Shown: piece by piece, positions 8,641 through 17,746 of the stretch
How positions within the stretch are numbered: position 1 is the stretch's first letter
How the letters are laid out: each line of letters begins with the position of its first letter
Source of the DNA: a virus
Taxonomy: Duplodnaviria; Caudoviricetes
Direction: 5' to 3' (one strand)
IMG/VR virus record: IMGVR_UViG_3300022936_000132
Coordinates: 1 to 27,700 of that record
DNA: 27,700 bases
Made by a program: the position numbers and the translations under genes
Notes under the pieces: generated by a model
Databases searched by the model: none
What the model saw: only the letters and a program-made list of their open reading frames with translations
Told to the model about the DNA's origin: nothing

Positions 8641-8758
8641 GACGCTGATGTCTCTTTGTTGGAGCTTCCGCGATCAGTCTCGTCTGAGAATGTCGTAGGA
8701 AAAATTGCCGCGCGAGCGACACAGCTCGTGGTTCGGGTGTACACAATTGGTTAACATG

Positions 8759-8823
8759 TACTCACAGCGCATACGTTAACTACTCATAATGCGTATGTCA
8801 AATGGAAATACTCAAAATGCGTA
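8759..8823. promoter_or_regulatory. Three candidate CI operators (TAC[T/G]CA-N3-TGCGTA)
   Basis: TACTCACAGCGCATA 8759-8773, TACTCATAATGCGTA 8781-8795, TACTCAAAATGCGTA 8809-8823 in the divergent switch region. Confidence 0.75.
8773..8801 (-). promoter_or_regulatory. Early lytic sigma70 promoter
   Basis: Minus strand TTGACA (8801-8796), 17 bp, TAACGT (8778-8773); the spacer is occupied by operator 2. Confidence 0.72.
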
Positions 8824-9236
8824 ATAAAAGTACAGCGGCAGTCCTCTCACGACTGAAATCAGTGACAAACACAGACACCGATACGGGCCTTTCCACGGCA
8901 CTTGGCATTAGTCCTCAGACCTTGAGCAGCTGGAAAAGCCGTGAAAGTACGCCTTACGCAATATGCGTAGATATTGCTGAGCGTCTTGACGTCTCGTTGG
9001 ACTGGCTATTGATGGGGGAGGGCCCGGCTACCCGCGTAGACGGGCCTTCGCGCGTTGAGTGCGATGATTCGTTGCAACCTATGGAAGCTGAGGTGATAGC
9101 ACTTCTTCGCGAGCTTCCCGAGGAAGATCAACGCACTGTGCGTAGTCTGATTGAGGAGAAAAAGCGAGTGAGAGGGTTAGAGAAACGGTTGGCTGACCTT
9201 TCTATGGTGCTTGCTGATATTAAACGGCCAGCTTAA
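8817..9236 (+). CDS. cI: Phage CI-type repressor (HTH)
   Basis: LSTALGISPQTLSSWKSR HTH and VSLDWLLMGEG motif; divergent from the early operon; start is ATG 8817 or 8802. Confidence 0.88.
   Translation: MRNKSTAAVLSRLKSVTNTDTDTGLSTALGISPQTLSSWKSRESTPYAICVDIAERLDVSLDWLLMGEGPATRVDGPSRVECDDSLQPMEAEVIALLRELPEEDQRTVRSLIEEKKRVRGLEKRLADLSMVLADIKRPA
8955..8969. promoter_or_regulatory. Perfect-palindrome candidate CI operator inside the cI ORF
   Basis: TACGCA-ATA-TGCGTA, the symmetric form of the three switch-region sites. Confidence 0.55.
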
Positions 9237-9374
9237 TCTGTTCTCGTTTGGTACGTTCTCAACGAGACGTAAGAATGATCTTCTGTGCGAGGACTGTATC
9301 CGTCTGAATGATGGGGCCTGTCCAGGGTTAACCATAAGTGCCGTCATTGATGGACGTAGTAGATAGGGAATGTA

Positions 9375-10256
9375 ATGGCTAGGGTAAGGTCTTCTGCAAT
9401 TCATATTGGTGCACTCAATCTCGTGCTGCAGCCCCATACACCAATTACCTATATTGAAATGCTGCAGAAAATGGCGCGTTATAAGTTTGATGCACAAGTG
9501 CATGGTGATAATGCACTTCTATTAGGTACATGTCGGTATTTGGACCCTTCCAACCCGCTTGAGGGTGTAAGAGGTGATATTTACAAGTTTTTGAAGTTGG
9601 ACTCTTCTGATGCTTGGTTTAATACCGAAAATATGGATGAGGCTACTGAGGATGAAGTGGCGGAAATAAATATTCCGGAGAACCTTAAGCCTCATTTCAA
9701 AAGATTTCAGTACATTTTTTTCCCTGAAGGGCATCGATTTTATTTCATTAGTTCTAAGCCAAAGCAAAGTCTCTCACCTCGCTTGGTGAAGATTTTTTTC
9801 GAGAGTGTATTCAGGCGGGAAGAGTTTGCTGAGTTTGGATCTCTAAACGTAACGATTCAGCCAGACCCAAATCGACTGGACGAATTGTTCGCCATGAGGA
9901 ACATTTCTGTCATTAAGATGGAGATTGCAAGGCCGAATCCTGACGATTTGGAAGAAGCAGAGGCGGAGATACTTGAGAGGCTGAATCGTATAAATGCAAA
10001 GACTGAAAAAATTGAATTTTTGGCAGCCAATACTGAGGGTTTACGTCCAGATGGAGAGCTCAGGGTTTTAGCTGAGGTCGCAAATGATAATGGCTTTGTA
10101 TACGCCGAGGGCAAGAGTGCTGACGGATTGAAGACTTACATGTCTACAAAAGACATGCCTTTGCATATTACTGCAAAATACAATCCCAATATTAGCTCAG
10201 AGTTCGACGCTCTGTATGATAAGGTTGTCGAAATACATCGAGAGATTACAGGGTAG
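9375..10256 (+). CDS. DUF4747-like protein (cargo, candidate defence component)
   Basis: N-terminal IGALNLVLQPH and IPENLKPHFKRFQYIFFPEGHR...I.RPNPDD...NGFVYAEG patterns recalled from DUF4747 proteins; AT-rich relative to the phage backbone. Confidence 0.7.
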   Translation: MARVRSSAIHIGALNLVLQPHTPITYIEMLQKMARYKFDAQVHGDNALLLGTCRYLDPSNPLEGVRGDIYKFLKLDSSDAWFNTENMDEATEDEVAEINIPENLKPHFKRFQYIFFPEGHRFYFISSKPKQSLSPRLVKIFFESVFRREEFAEFGSLNVTIQPDPNRLDELFAMRNISVIKMEIARPNPDDLEEAEAEILERLNRINAKTEKIEFLAANTEGLRPDGELRVLAEVANDNGFVYAEGKSADGLKTYMSTKDMPLHITAKYNPNISSEFDALYDKVVEIHREITG

Positions 10257-10258
10257 TT

Positions 10259-10828
10259 ATGACTGGCTTCGGCAAAATTAGGGCTGATTTTAAAGGCGTT
10301 CGTTCTATATGGAGTAAGTACTGGTCCGCCTATGGGGGGACTGCTGCTCTGTTTAGCTCGACATACTTCTACATTGCGCTCATTTTGACCGTTGTCAATT
10401 TTGGCGCTTGGTATCACTCGGGTTGGTGGGATCTGGTACTTGCTACCGTCCCAACTATCCTAGGTTTTACGCTTGCGGGTCTCGCCGTTTTCTTGGGCAT
10501 GGATTCAGGTTTTTGTAGATTCCTGGCTGGTGAGGTCGAAGGAAAAACTTCGCCTTTCATGCAGTTGGTGTCAGCGTTTGTGCATTTTATATTAACTCAG
10601 TGTTTTGCGGTGATTATTGCACTAACTGTGAAGTCTGCTTTTTTTCAAGTGGGAGGGCTTCCCGAATATTATTATGATGTTGTTTATGTTCTTAATAGAG
10701 TTGTTTGGTTTGTAGGATACTTTGTCTATATGTATTCGATGGTTCAGACATTTAGTGCGGTATTTGCAATATTTCGTGCGACCCGGTGGTACGAACTCTA
10801 TATTAACAAGGGCGAAAATAGGAGTTGA
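10259..10828 (+). CDS. Multi-pass (about 4 TM) membrane protein, operon partner of the DUF4747-like gene
   Basis: Starts 2 nt after the upstream stop; four hydrophobic segments; P..LGFTLAG.A motif. Confidence 0.8.
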   Translation: MTGFGKIRADFKGVRSIWSKYWSAYGGTAALFSSTYFYIALILTVVNFGAWYHSGWWDLVLATVPTILGFTLAGLAVFLGMDSGFCRFLAGEVEGKTSPFMQLVSAFVHFILTQCFAVIIALTVKSAFFQVGGLPEYYYDVVYVLNRVVWFVGYFVYMYSMVQTFSAVFAIFRATRWYELYINKGENRS

Positions 10829-10919
10829 TAACGTATGGTTTTATCCCGCGAAGAATTCTTATGAAGGTCATGGATTGATAGTGAGATTGTCACCTAAGAT
10901 TTTAGGTTTGCTGACGAAA

Positions 10920-11804
10920 TTATTCTGGAAGGCCATAAAGCTCCTTGATGTGCTTGACTATGTTGTTGCCCGAGTATATGCGTGCAGGGATATTGTTAAT
11001 TAGAGAATAATTGTGTGTAAGCCAGGCAAATCGGTCGTTGCTATTATGTGCTTTGCGAAATGCAGCGTAATAGCCAATTAGGCAGATTATTTCTCCTCCC
11101 AGGTGAGCTTTGATGATGCTAGCGTACATGTGATCATCTTGAAGAATTGATAGTTTTTCACTAATGGCCTCCGAAGTTAGCGCAAGTTTAGCTTTGGTGT
11201 TGTTCGCAAGAAAATCTAGTAGTTGTTGTATCATTCGGAGATACTCTATGCATGTTTCGAAGTCTCCTGTACGGAATGATGAAAGGTCAGTAGGCCCCCT
11301 CCAGCAATTGGCTAAATGATAGAGAGTTTCGCGTAGCACATCGTCTTTTTTTAATTGTGTAAGCCGGTCGTTGTGCTGGTTTAGTAATGCAAAAAAAGTT
11401 CCCTCAAACTGCTGTTTTAGCTGGGTTTTTGACTGCTCATCCATTACTTTTTGGGTTGCCTCTTGTGCCATAGCACTTCGTTTTAATTCACCGCGAGTGG
11501 CTTCAAGTTCCAGTCTCGTCAGTTCAAGCTCCTTCCGGGCGAGCTCAAGTCCATTATTTTGAATTATTATAGTTAATAAAAGGGCTATTAGCCCCAAAAA
11601 GCTGAATATTGGGTTCAGCGTACCTCCAATAAAATCTCCGAAGGTACCCCAGTCGCCGTTTACCGTGCTGAAGCTAGAACCTGGCGAAAATCTGACGAAG
11701 TAAGCACCATAAACAATAATGGCTGCAAGGCAAGCTAGCGCGAAGATGACTATCAACCATTTGGTCAAACTCTCGGTTCCTAGCTTCTGGCGCTGCTTTG
11801 TCAT
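10920..11804 (-). CDS. Putative phage abortive-infection (putAbiC-like) membrane protein
   Basis: Two N-terminal TM segments with WGTFGDFIGGTLNPIFSFL, a coiled coil (LELARKELELTRLELEATRGEL), then QQFEGTFFALL; ATG 11804 preferred over 11936. Confidence 0.72.
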   Translation of the reverse strand: MTKQRQKLGTESLTKWLIVIFALACLAAIIVYGAYFVRFSPGSSFSTVNGDWGTFGDFIGGTLNPIFSFLGLIALLLTIIIQNNGLELARKELELTRLELEATRGELKRSAMAQEATQKVMDEQSKTQLKQQFEGTFFALLNQHNDRLTQLKKDDVLRETLYHLANCWRGPTDLSSFRTGDFETCIEYLRMIQQLLDFLANNTKAKLALTSEAISEKLSILQDDHMYASIIKAHLGGEIICLIGYYAAFRKAHNSNDRFAWLTHNYSLINNIPARIYSGNNIVKHIKELYGLPE

Positions 11805-11914
11805 GAATATTTCATCCGCATTCGAAGTGGCGATGTTACATCGGCTCTGATGTTGAGGCCATTTGATTTCGATCTTTTGTTGGATTATTAAGATTTCCCT
11901 GCCAGGCCCATACG

Positions 11915-12088
11915 ATCTGCAAGGCACATGAAGCATATGTGTATACCAATGGCTTGCAGCTGAAACCCAGGCCTCAGCTTGATAGACGAGCTGGGCCGGC
12001 TGACGTCGCCCACGATGAAGTCATGGCAAAAATGGAGCCACAGATTGAAGATTTGCAGGCTGGTGACAAGGGCATGAAGCGTGACTGA
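11915..12088 (+). pseudogene. Possible frameshifted remnant of an antitoxin-like gene
   Basis: Fragments in two frames: KAHEAY / YQWLAAETQAS / ADVAHDEVMAKME, resembling the C-terminal Y..WL.A.VQ...HDEVMA.M motif of ParD/PaaA2-like antitoxins. Confidence 0.35.
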
Positions 12089-12419
12089 ATCCCTATATCG
12101 TATCTGCTGCGAGCTGAGTGCGCACGCAAAACCATCAAGTAACCGTCTGCACATAGGCCGAGAAACCCTTTCAAGACTCCCCGCTTCGGGAAAGAAATAA
12201 TATCAACTCAAATGCTTAGAGTGTTTCCTGAAACAGGGTGACCAAGTCGGCCGGGGTTGGCCCAATCCCGTGAGCTGGTTCTACATCCTAACTACATTGT
12301 CTTCACCGCTTGCTCACTAATCAGAAGCAAGTTCAGATTCTGAGAGTGAAGCACGTCGTCCTTAGGCTATTACCATAGGAGTGGCGGAACCTACAAAATG
12401 GCAAGACTGCTCGGTTCCG

Positions 12420-13319
12420 CTATTTCCCATCCTTACTCGGCTGATCGCTGCTGCTCGTCTTCTTTAGCAGCGGCAATGGGCAAGAGACGGGTTTAAAAGT
12501 AAAAACCTCTTTTTCATCTGCGACAGCGAGGATGGCTTTGTCGTCATCCAAAAGAGCAACGCTTGAGTTTTCAGGTTGTCCGGCAATTCCACACCTCTCA
12601 GGTGAAACATGAAAAGATGAATAAACCAATAATACCTTTACGCGCTTGTTAGCCAGATCATGTGACAGCTCGCTGAAAGCGTTTAGGAAAATGACGAGGG
12701 TGTATGAAATCCCCACGAGTGCGATCATTGATAGCGTCGATGCTCGCGTGGTCGTAGCTTTTTTAAATACGGTATGAAAGCCTATGGATAGAAATACGAA
12801 CATTGTTACGAACATTCCCATCACTGACCAGCACCAAATAACCGTAACCAGACCTAAGATTTTCTGTGCGGTTGGAAATTTATCTGCATTCATACCCGTA
12901 AGATTGGCAATAGAGCTGTCTACCACAGGTGCAGTGAGGATGGCGAAAGCAGCAGTCGTCAATGCTGCAAACACATTAAGAATGCCGGAAAACCTCGAGT
13001 ACTTGGTCATGATTTTGTAGTACATGGCTATCAATGCGACAGTGCATAGGCATGTCCACGCCAGTATCAACCAGCGATACGACCTAGGCATGTCGAAGCC
13101 TAATTCTATAAAGCATCCAATGTACACCAGCAACAAAATATTGAATGCATTTATCGCGGCAAGATATTCCGAGTAGGACCAGTCAACAGGTCTGTAATTA
13201 AAGGTCGGTGTCGGGCGTAAGCTAAACAGTGGTTTGCGTTTGAAAGCATGCCGCAGCACACAATATATTATCAAGGTCACAAAAAAAACGACGAGTACAG
13301 GTATTATTGGAGTCGGCAC
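12420..13319 (-). CDS. Polytopic membrane protein of unknown function (cargo)
   Basis: 299 aa, about 6 hydrophobic segments followed by a soluble tail with two Cys; AT-rich; GTG start. Confidence 0.75.
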   Translation of the reverse strand: MPTPIIPVLVVFFVTLIIYCVLRHAFKRKPLFSLRPTPTFNYRPVDWSYSEYLAAINAFNILLLVYIGCFIELGFDMPRSYRWLILAWTCLCTVALIAMYYKIMTKYSRFSGILNVFAALTTAAFAILTAPVVDSSIANLTGMNADKFPTAQKILGLVTVIWCWSVMGMFVTMFVFLSIGFHTVFKKATTTRASTLSMIALVGISYTLVIFLNAFSELSHDLANKRVKVLLVYSSFHVSPERCGIAGQPENSSVALLDDDKAILAVADEKEVFTFKPVSCPLPLLKKTSSSDQPSKDGK

Positions 13320-13376
13320 GACATATCTCTTCAGACGGAACAGCAGCTATCTGCTGAAATTTTTTGGACGGGTATC

Positions 13377-14630
13377 TTAGTTTCTTTGCCACTCCCTATC
13401 CACCGCCCGCTTGGCACTCCCCAGCCCACTATACAAATGCGCCAACCGCCTGGGCTTGCTCTGGTCCCCAGCCGTCACGCTCTTCTCCTTTCCGGTCTTC
13501 TCATCCCGGTAATACGCAATCACCCCCGTGCAATCGCCACCGCTGTCATCTGCCAGCTCGGCTACCGCATCCTCTGGCAGTTTGCTTTCCAGGCTCAGGC
13601 TCATGGTGTAGCCACTATCGGCGCTGAGGCTGTGTTGCACGTTGCCGCCGTACCAGATGATGGCGTCGATATCGGGTTTGATGCCTTGCAGGGTGTAGGT
13701 CAGTTCGGGGATGAGGTCGGGGCGGCCTTTGGCTAGGGTGTAGGTGAGCGTGGCGCTGCCACGTTGCAGGCGGCTCCATTCGCTGCGGGTGGCGCGTAGG
13801 GCGCTGGGTTGGTCGCTGTAGGTGTGTCGCAAGTCTTTGAGGTTGTCGCCGCCACCGGCGATTGCCTCCTGTTTCTGGGCGCTGTTCACGTCGTAGAAGT
13901 AGGCGCGCACGCCGTCGTAGCTATCGCGGTCGGCCTGCAGGAAGCTGTGTTGGTCTCCGTCGGCACGGGTGAGGGTGATGTGGGGCAGGTCGAGGCCGCT
14001 GACGGTCTTGCCGCCGTTGCTGGGCATGAAGATCAGGTTGCCCGCTTTGACGGTGGCCACCGCGTCGTACTCTTCGCCCAGGCGGGTCAGCAGGTTGGCG
14101 TCGGACTCGTTGGCCTGGTCCAGCTGCAGTACGGCCAAGCCGTCCAGCTTGCCAGCAATGGTGGCCGTCAGGTCGTTTGCGATGGCGATATCCCCCAGCA
14201 CGTCGCCCACGGTGCTGTTGCTCCAGCTGCGTTCGCGTTTTGTCTTCAGGCCTTTGCGCAGGTCTGCCGATCGGGCGCGAATGCTCAGCACGTCCGGCGC
14301 GCCACTGTGCTCAGTTTCGTCGACGGTGTAGGTACCTTTGTCGACCAGCCCAGTATCACTCCAGCCCAACCACAACCGAATCACTGCGCCACGGGGCGGG
14401 ATGGCGAGAAGGCCGTCATGGTCGCTGAGGCTGATGCTCAACTGGTCGGCTTCCATGCCTCGGTTGTCGGTCAGGTCGAGGCTGATCAGTCGCGGGCTGA
14501 TGAGCTTGGCAATGTCGTTGCCGTCCACGGTAATGCGGAACGCGGGTGCAGGGTGGCTGGTTCCCTTGCGGATCTGGTCGGCGCTGTCCCTGATAAAACC
14601 AGTGACCTTATCCAGCGCTTCGCCTATCAC
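13377..14630 (-). CDS. D: Phage late control/baseplate hub protein GpD
   Basis: RLISLDLTDNRGMEADQL, GTYTVDETEHSGAPD, DQANESD motifs; follows U. Confidence 0.93.
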   Translation of the reverse strand: MIGEALDKVTGFIRDSADQIRKGTSHPAPAFRITVDGNDIAKLISPRLISLDLTDNRGMEADQLSISLSDHDGLLAIPPRGAVIRLWLGWSDTGLVDKGTYTVDETEHSGAPDVLSIRARSADLRKGLKTKRERSWSNSTVGDVLGDIAIANDLTATIAGKLDGLAVLQLDQANESDANLLTRLGEEYDAVATVKAGNLIFMPSNGGKTVSGLDLPHITLTRADGDQHSFLQADRDSYDGVRAYFYDVNSAQKQEAIAGGGDNLKDLRHTYSDQPSALRATRSEWSRLQRGSATLTYTLAKGRPDLIPELTYTLQGIKPDIDAIIWYGGNVQHSLSADSGYTMSLSLESKLPEDAVAELADDSGGDCTGVIAYYRDEKTGKEKSVTAGDQSKPRRLAHLYSGLGSAKRAVDREWQRN

Positions 14631-15067
14631 AGCAGCTTCCTGGCGATGTTCAGGCCGGTACTGGTTGCCGCGCCAAGCATGTCTACCAAGCCGTCATCGA
14701 TGCGTTTCAGGCTCAGGGTGAATTCAATACGGCGGGGCGTGCCGTCACGAAAGAACAGCGTCCTGGTTTCGCTGATGCTCTCGATTACCCACAGCCCGTA
14801 AATCCGGCCGCTGCCTTCGACCATGGGCCAGGCTTTGCCGGTGTCTGCCATCAGGCGTAAGGCGTCGAGGCTCAGGGCACTCCCAGCCAGTTCCGGCAGG
14901 ATCACGCCCGGTAAGGTGATGGCGTCTTCGCCACGGCCCAGGAACTGCCGTGCCGGTTGTGCGCCTACTCGGTTGCTGCTGGGGTGACGCCAATCGGTTT
15001 GGCGTTGCATCTCCTGGTACGCGGCGGTGTGCAGGCTGAAAACGAACATGCCCAGGGCAAGCATCAT
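14627..15067 (-). CDS. U: Phage tail protein GpU
   Basis: MMLALGMFVFSL...QFLGRG...G.PRRIEFTLSLKR. Confidence 0.93.
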   Translation of the reverse strand: MMLALGMFVFSLHTAAYQEMQRQTDWRHPSSNRVGAQPARQFLGRGEDAITLPGVILPELAGSALSLDALRLMADTGKAWPMVEGSGRIYGLWVIESISETRTLFFRDGTPRRIEFTLSLKRIDDGLVDMLGAATSTGLNIARKLL

Positions 15068-15073
15068 GTGGGT

Positions 15074-17626
15074 TTACTCCAAATCCTGAAGGCTGCTGCG
15101 ACGGCGGGCTGATTTTTCGCTGTCGATGCGTGCCAACTCCGCACGCACAGCGCGGGCGATGGTTTGCGGGTCCATGCCTTGGGCCGCGTGGATGTTGATT
15201 TCATAGGTGTCGCTGCTGGAATACGAAGATGTGCCGGCGCTGGCAACCGGTGGGCTGTCATCGATCGCCAACGCTGGGGTAACAGCTGCGCCGAGCGTCA
15301 GCGCTCCAGCAGCGGTGAGTTGTTTGCCCAGGCTAGCGACGGCGCTGAGCGGGCCGTTTTCGCCGTCCTCAAGACCTTGGGTCAACCCGGCCATGGTGAA
15401 ACCGCCCAATTCGGCGAACACGCGGGAAGGGCTGTGGATGCTGAGCTTTTCCTTGAACCAGCCAGTGAGGCCGTCAGCGATTTCGCCGATCTTGTCTTTG
15501 ACCAGGTTGTATTTTTCGGTAATCCCGGACAGCAGCCCATCAATCAGCATGCCGCCGAAATCCGTGAATTTGCCCGGCAGCTCAATCCCGAAATAGCTCA
15601 GCACTCCGGCGAAGGCGCTGTAGAACAGGCCCAGCGGAGAGAAGTTGGCCAACGTCGCCAGGATGCCGCCGATCCCGCCGTTGAACCCTGCGGTGATTTC
15701 CGCCCAGATCCCCTGGAAGTAAGGGACGATCTTGTCCCAATACTGATAGATCACGAACGCGGCTGTGCCGATCGCAGTGATTGCCAAACCGATGGGGTTC
15801 ATGAGCAACGCGCGGCCCAGCAACACGATGGCTTTGGTCACGAAGGGCAGCGCGTTTTTACCAAGATTCCAGAACAGGCTGATCAGGCTTGGCAGGCGGA
15901 TGCCAACCTGAGCCAGCATCAGGCGCAGCACCAAAAACGGGCCGAAGATCCCGGCCAGTGTCAGGGCCAACGCGCCGACCCCGGCAGCCAAGGCGGCAAC
16001 GATGGCGGCACCTTTGACTAGCCCTGCAACGAGCACCGGGTTTTCTGTGGCCCAGGCCTTCACGCTGCGGATGATGTCAGTGAAGGACTGGACCATCCCA
16101 CGCATCGTGCCGTTCTGTTGATCTTGAAGCTCAATGCCCAGGTCTTCCCAGGTACTGGTCAAGGTCTTCAGGTCACCTTTGAGGTTGTCCATTTTGACTT
16201 TGGCGGTTTTAGCGGACTCACCCTGGGACCCACGCAGGGTGGCAATCATCTTCTGCAGCTCGCCATTGCCTGCTTGCTCGACCAACTGCGCCATGCCCTT
16301 TACCGCTTCTTCACCGGCAATGTCCTTGAGCAAGCCGCCACGCACGGCGGTGCCCATGCCTTTGGTCTTGTCGTAAATCTCTTTGAGGATATCGGGCATG
16401 GCGCGCAGATTGCCGTTGGCGTCTGCGGTTTTGATGTTGAGCTTTTCGAGGGCCTTTTCTGCGGCTTTTGGCGGCGCAGCAAGTCGGTTCATGATTGAGC
16501 TGAGCGCGGTACCGCCCATGCTGCCTTGTAGACCGGCATCGCCGAGCTTGCCCGCCATGGCAGCGGCGGTTTCCAGATCCACGCCATAAGTTTTAGCCAT
16601 GGGCGCGGCGTATTTCATGGTTTCGCCAAGCATGCGCAGGTTTGTATTGGAGCGGGTGAATGTACCCACCAACACGTCACCCAGCTTGTCCATTTCGGCT
16701 GCGCCGAGGCCGAGGCCTGACATGATGTTTGAGGCAATGTCGGCGGTTTCTGCAAGCTCGCTACCACCTGCGGAAGCGAGATCCAGCATGCCAGGCATTG
16801 CGGCTTTGATCGCCTTGGGATCAAACCCGGCCATGCCGAGATAGCCTTGTGCATCTGCTGCTTGGCCTGCGGTGTACTGTGTCGAGCTGCCCAGCTCACG
16901 TGCCTGGTTACGCAGGCCTTTCAGGTCCTCAGAGTCTTTATCCAGCCGCGTCACGGCCTGCACATTGCTCATGCTGGCATCAAACTCAAGGCCGGGCATC
17001 AACATCTTCGCCCCGCCGTACAGCGCCGCTCCGCCAGCTGCCATACCCGCTGCGCCTTTGCCCGCCATGCTGCCGGCCATCTGCTGCGCCCGCTGATAAT
17101 CCTGAGTCGCACGGGTAGCCTGTTGCTGTTGGCGGGCCAAGGTTTCCAGGCGCTTGCGTTGGGTGTCCAGTTGGGTGTTCGTGCTGGAGATGTCCTGCCT
17201 CAAACGTCGTTCGTGTTGCCCCAGTTCACGGGTGCTCACACCGGCCGCTTGCAGTGTCTGGCGCATCTGCTGAAGCTTTTGCGTCTGGCTGGTTTCCTGC
17301 GCGGCGAGCTGCTGCAGGTTGCGCTTGGCTTGTTCGAATTCCCGCGCCATTGCCCGTGTCGGGTTCTGGGTTTGGGCGATGGTCTGGCCCAGTTGCTGGG
17401 TGCGCATTCGGGCAGCATCCAGTGCCGCACCTGTGGCGCTCAGGCCTCGTTTCAGTTCGCTGAAGCCACTGATTTGTTTCTGGGTATCGTTGAGGTGCTT
17501 CAGGCGCTCGCGGGTTGCTTTGAGTGCCTGCGCGGTCTGTGAGGATTGACATTGTACGCCACGCAGCGGCGCGGTTGCCTTATCGATCGTATTGAGCAGC
17601 ACGCGCAGTTGAAGAGTGTTAGCCAT
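15074..17626 (-). CDS. T: Tail tape-measure protein
   Basis: 850-aa helical Ala/Gln-rich protein with TP901-type core (AMPGMLDLA, GLQGSMGGTAL); position after E/E'. Confidence 0.93.
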   Translation of the reverse strand: MANTLQLRVLLNTIDKATAPLRGVQCQSSQTAQALKATRERLKHLNDTQKQISGFSELKRGLSATGAALDAARMRTQQLGQTIAQTQNPTRAMAREFEQAKRNLQQLAAQETSQTQKLQQMRQTLQAAGVSTRELGQHERRLRQDISSTNTQLDTQRKRLETLARQQQQATRATQDYQRAQQMAGSMAGKGAAGMAAGGAALYGGAKMLMPGLEFDASMSNVQAVTRLDKDSEDLKGLRNQARELGSSTQYTAGQAADAQGYLGMAGFDPKAIKAAMPGMLDLASAGGSELAETADIASNIMSGLGLGAAEMDKLGDVLVGTFTRSNTNLRMLGETMKYAAPMAKTYGVDLETAAAMAGKLGDAGLQGSMGGTALSSIMNRLAAPPKAAEKALEKLNIKTADANGNLRAMPDILKEIYDKTKGMGTAVRGGLLKDIAGEEAVKGMAQLVEQAGNGELQKMIATLRGSQGESAKTAKVKMDNLKGDLKTLTSTWEDLGIELQDQQNGTMRGMVQSFTDIIRSVKAWATENPVLVAGLVKGAAIVAALAAGVGALALTLAGIFGPFLVLRLMLAQVGIRLPSLISLFWNLGKNALPFVTKAIVLLGRALLMNPIGLAITAIGTAAFVIYQYWDKIVPYFQGIWAEITAGFNGGIGGILATLANFSPLGLFYSAFAGVLSYFGIELPGKFTDFGGMLIDGLLSGITEKYNLVKDKIGEIADGLTGWFKEKLSIHSPSRVFAELGGFTMAGLTQGLEDGENGPLSAVASLGKQLTAAGALTLGAAVTPALAIDDSPPVASAGTSSYSSSDTYEINIHAAQGMDPQTIARAVRAELARIDSEKSARRRSSLQDLE

Positions 17627-17738
17627 TTCCGCCGGCGCTCCTGACCCGCGCCCGCTCGCGCCAGTCCATCAGTTCTTGCAGGCCCAGCTTGTCCATGTCA
17701 GCCGGTGCCCAATGGAAAACCACAGCCAGATCGGCCAT
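17619..17738 (-). CDS. E': GpE' tail-chaperone extension (39 aa; absent from the ORF track)
   Basis: MADLAVVFHWAPADMDKLGLQELMDWRERARVRSAGGNG; in the -1 frame of E. Confidence 0.85.
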   Translation of the reverse strand: MADLAVVFHWAPADMDKLGLQELMDWRERARVRSAGGNG

Positions 17739-17746
17739 GGCGTCTT

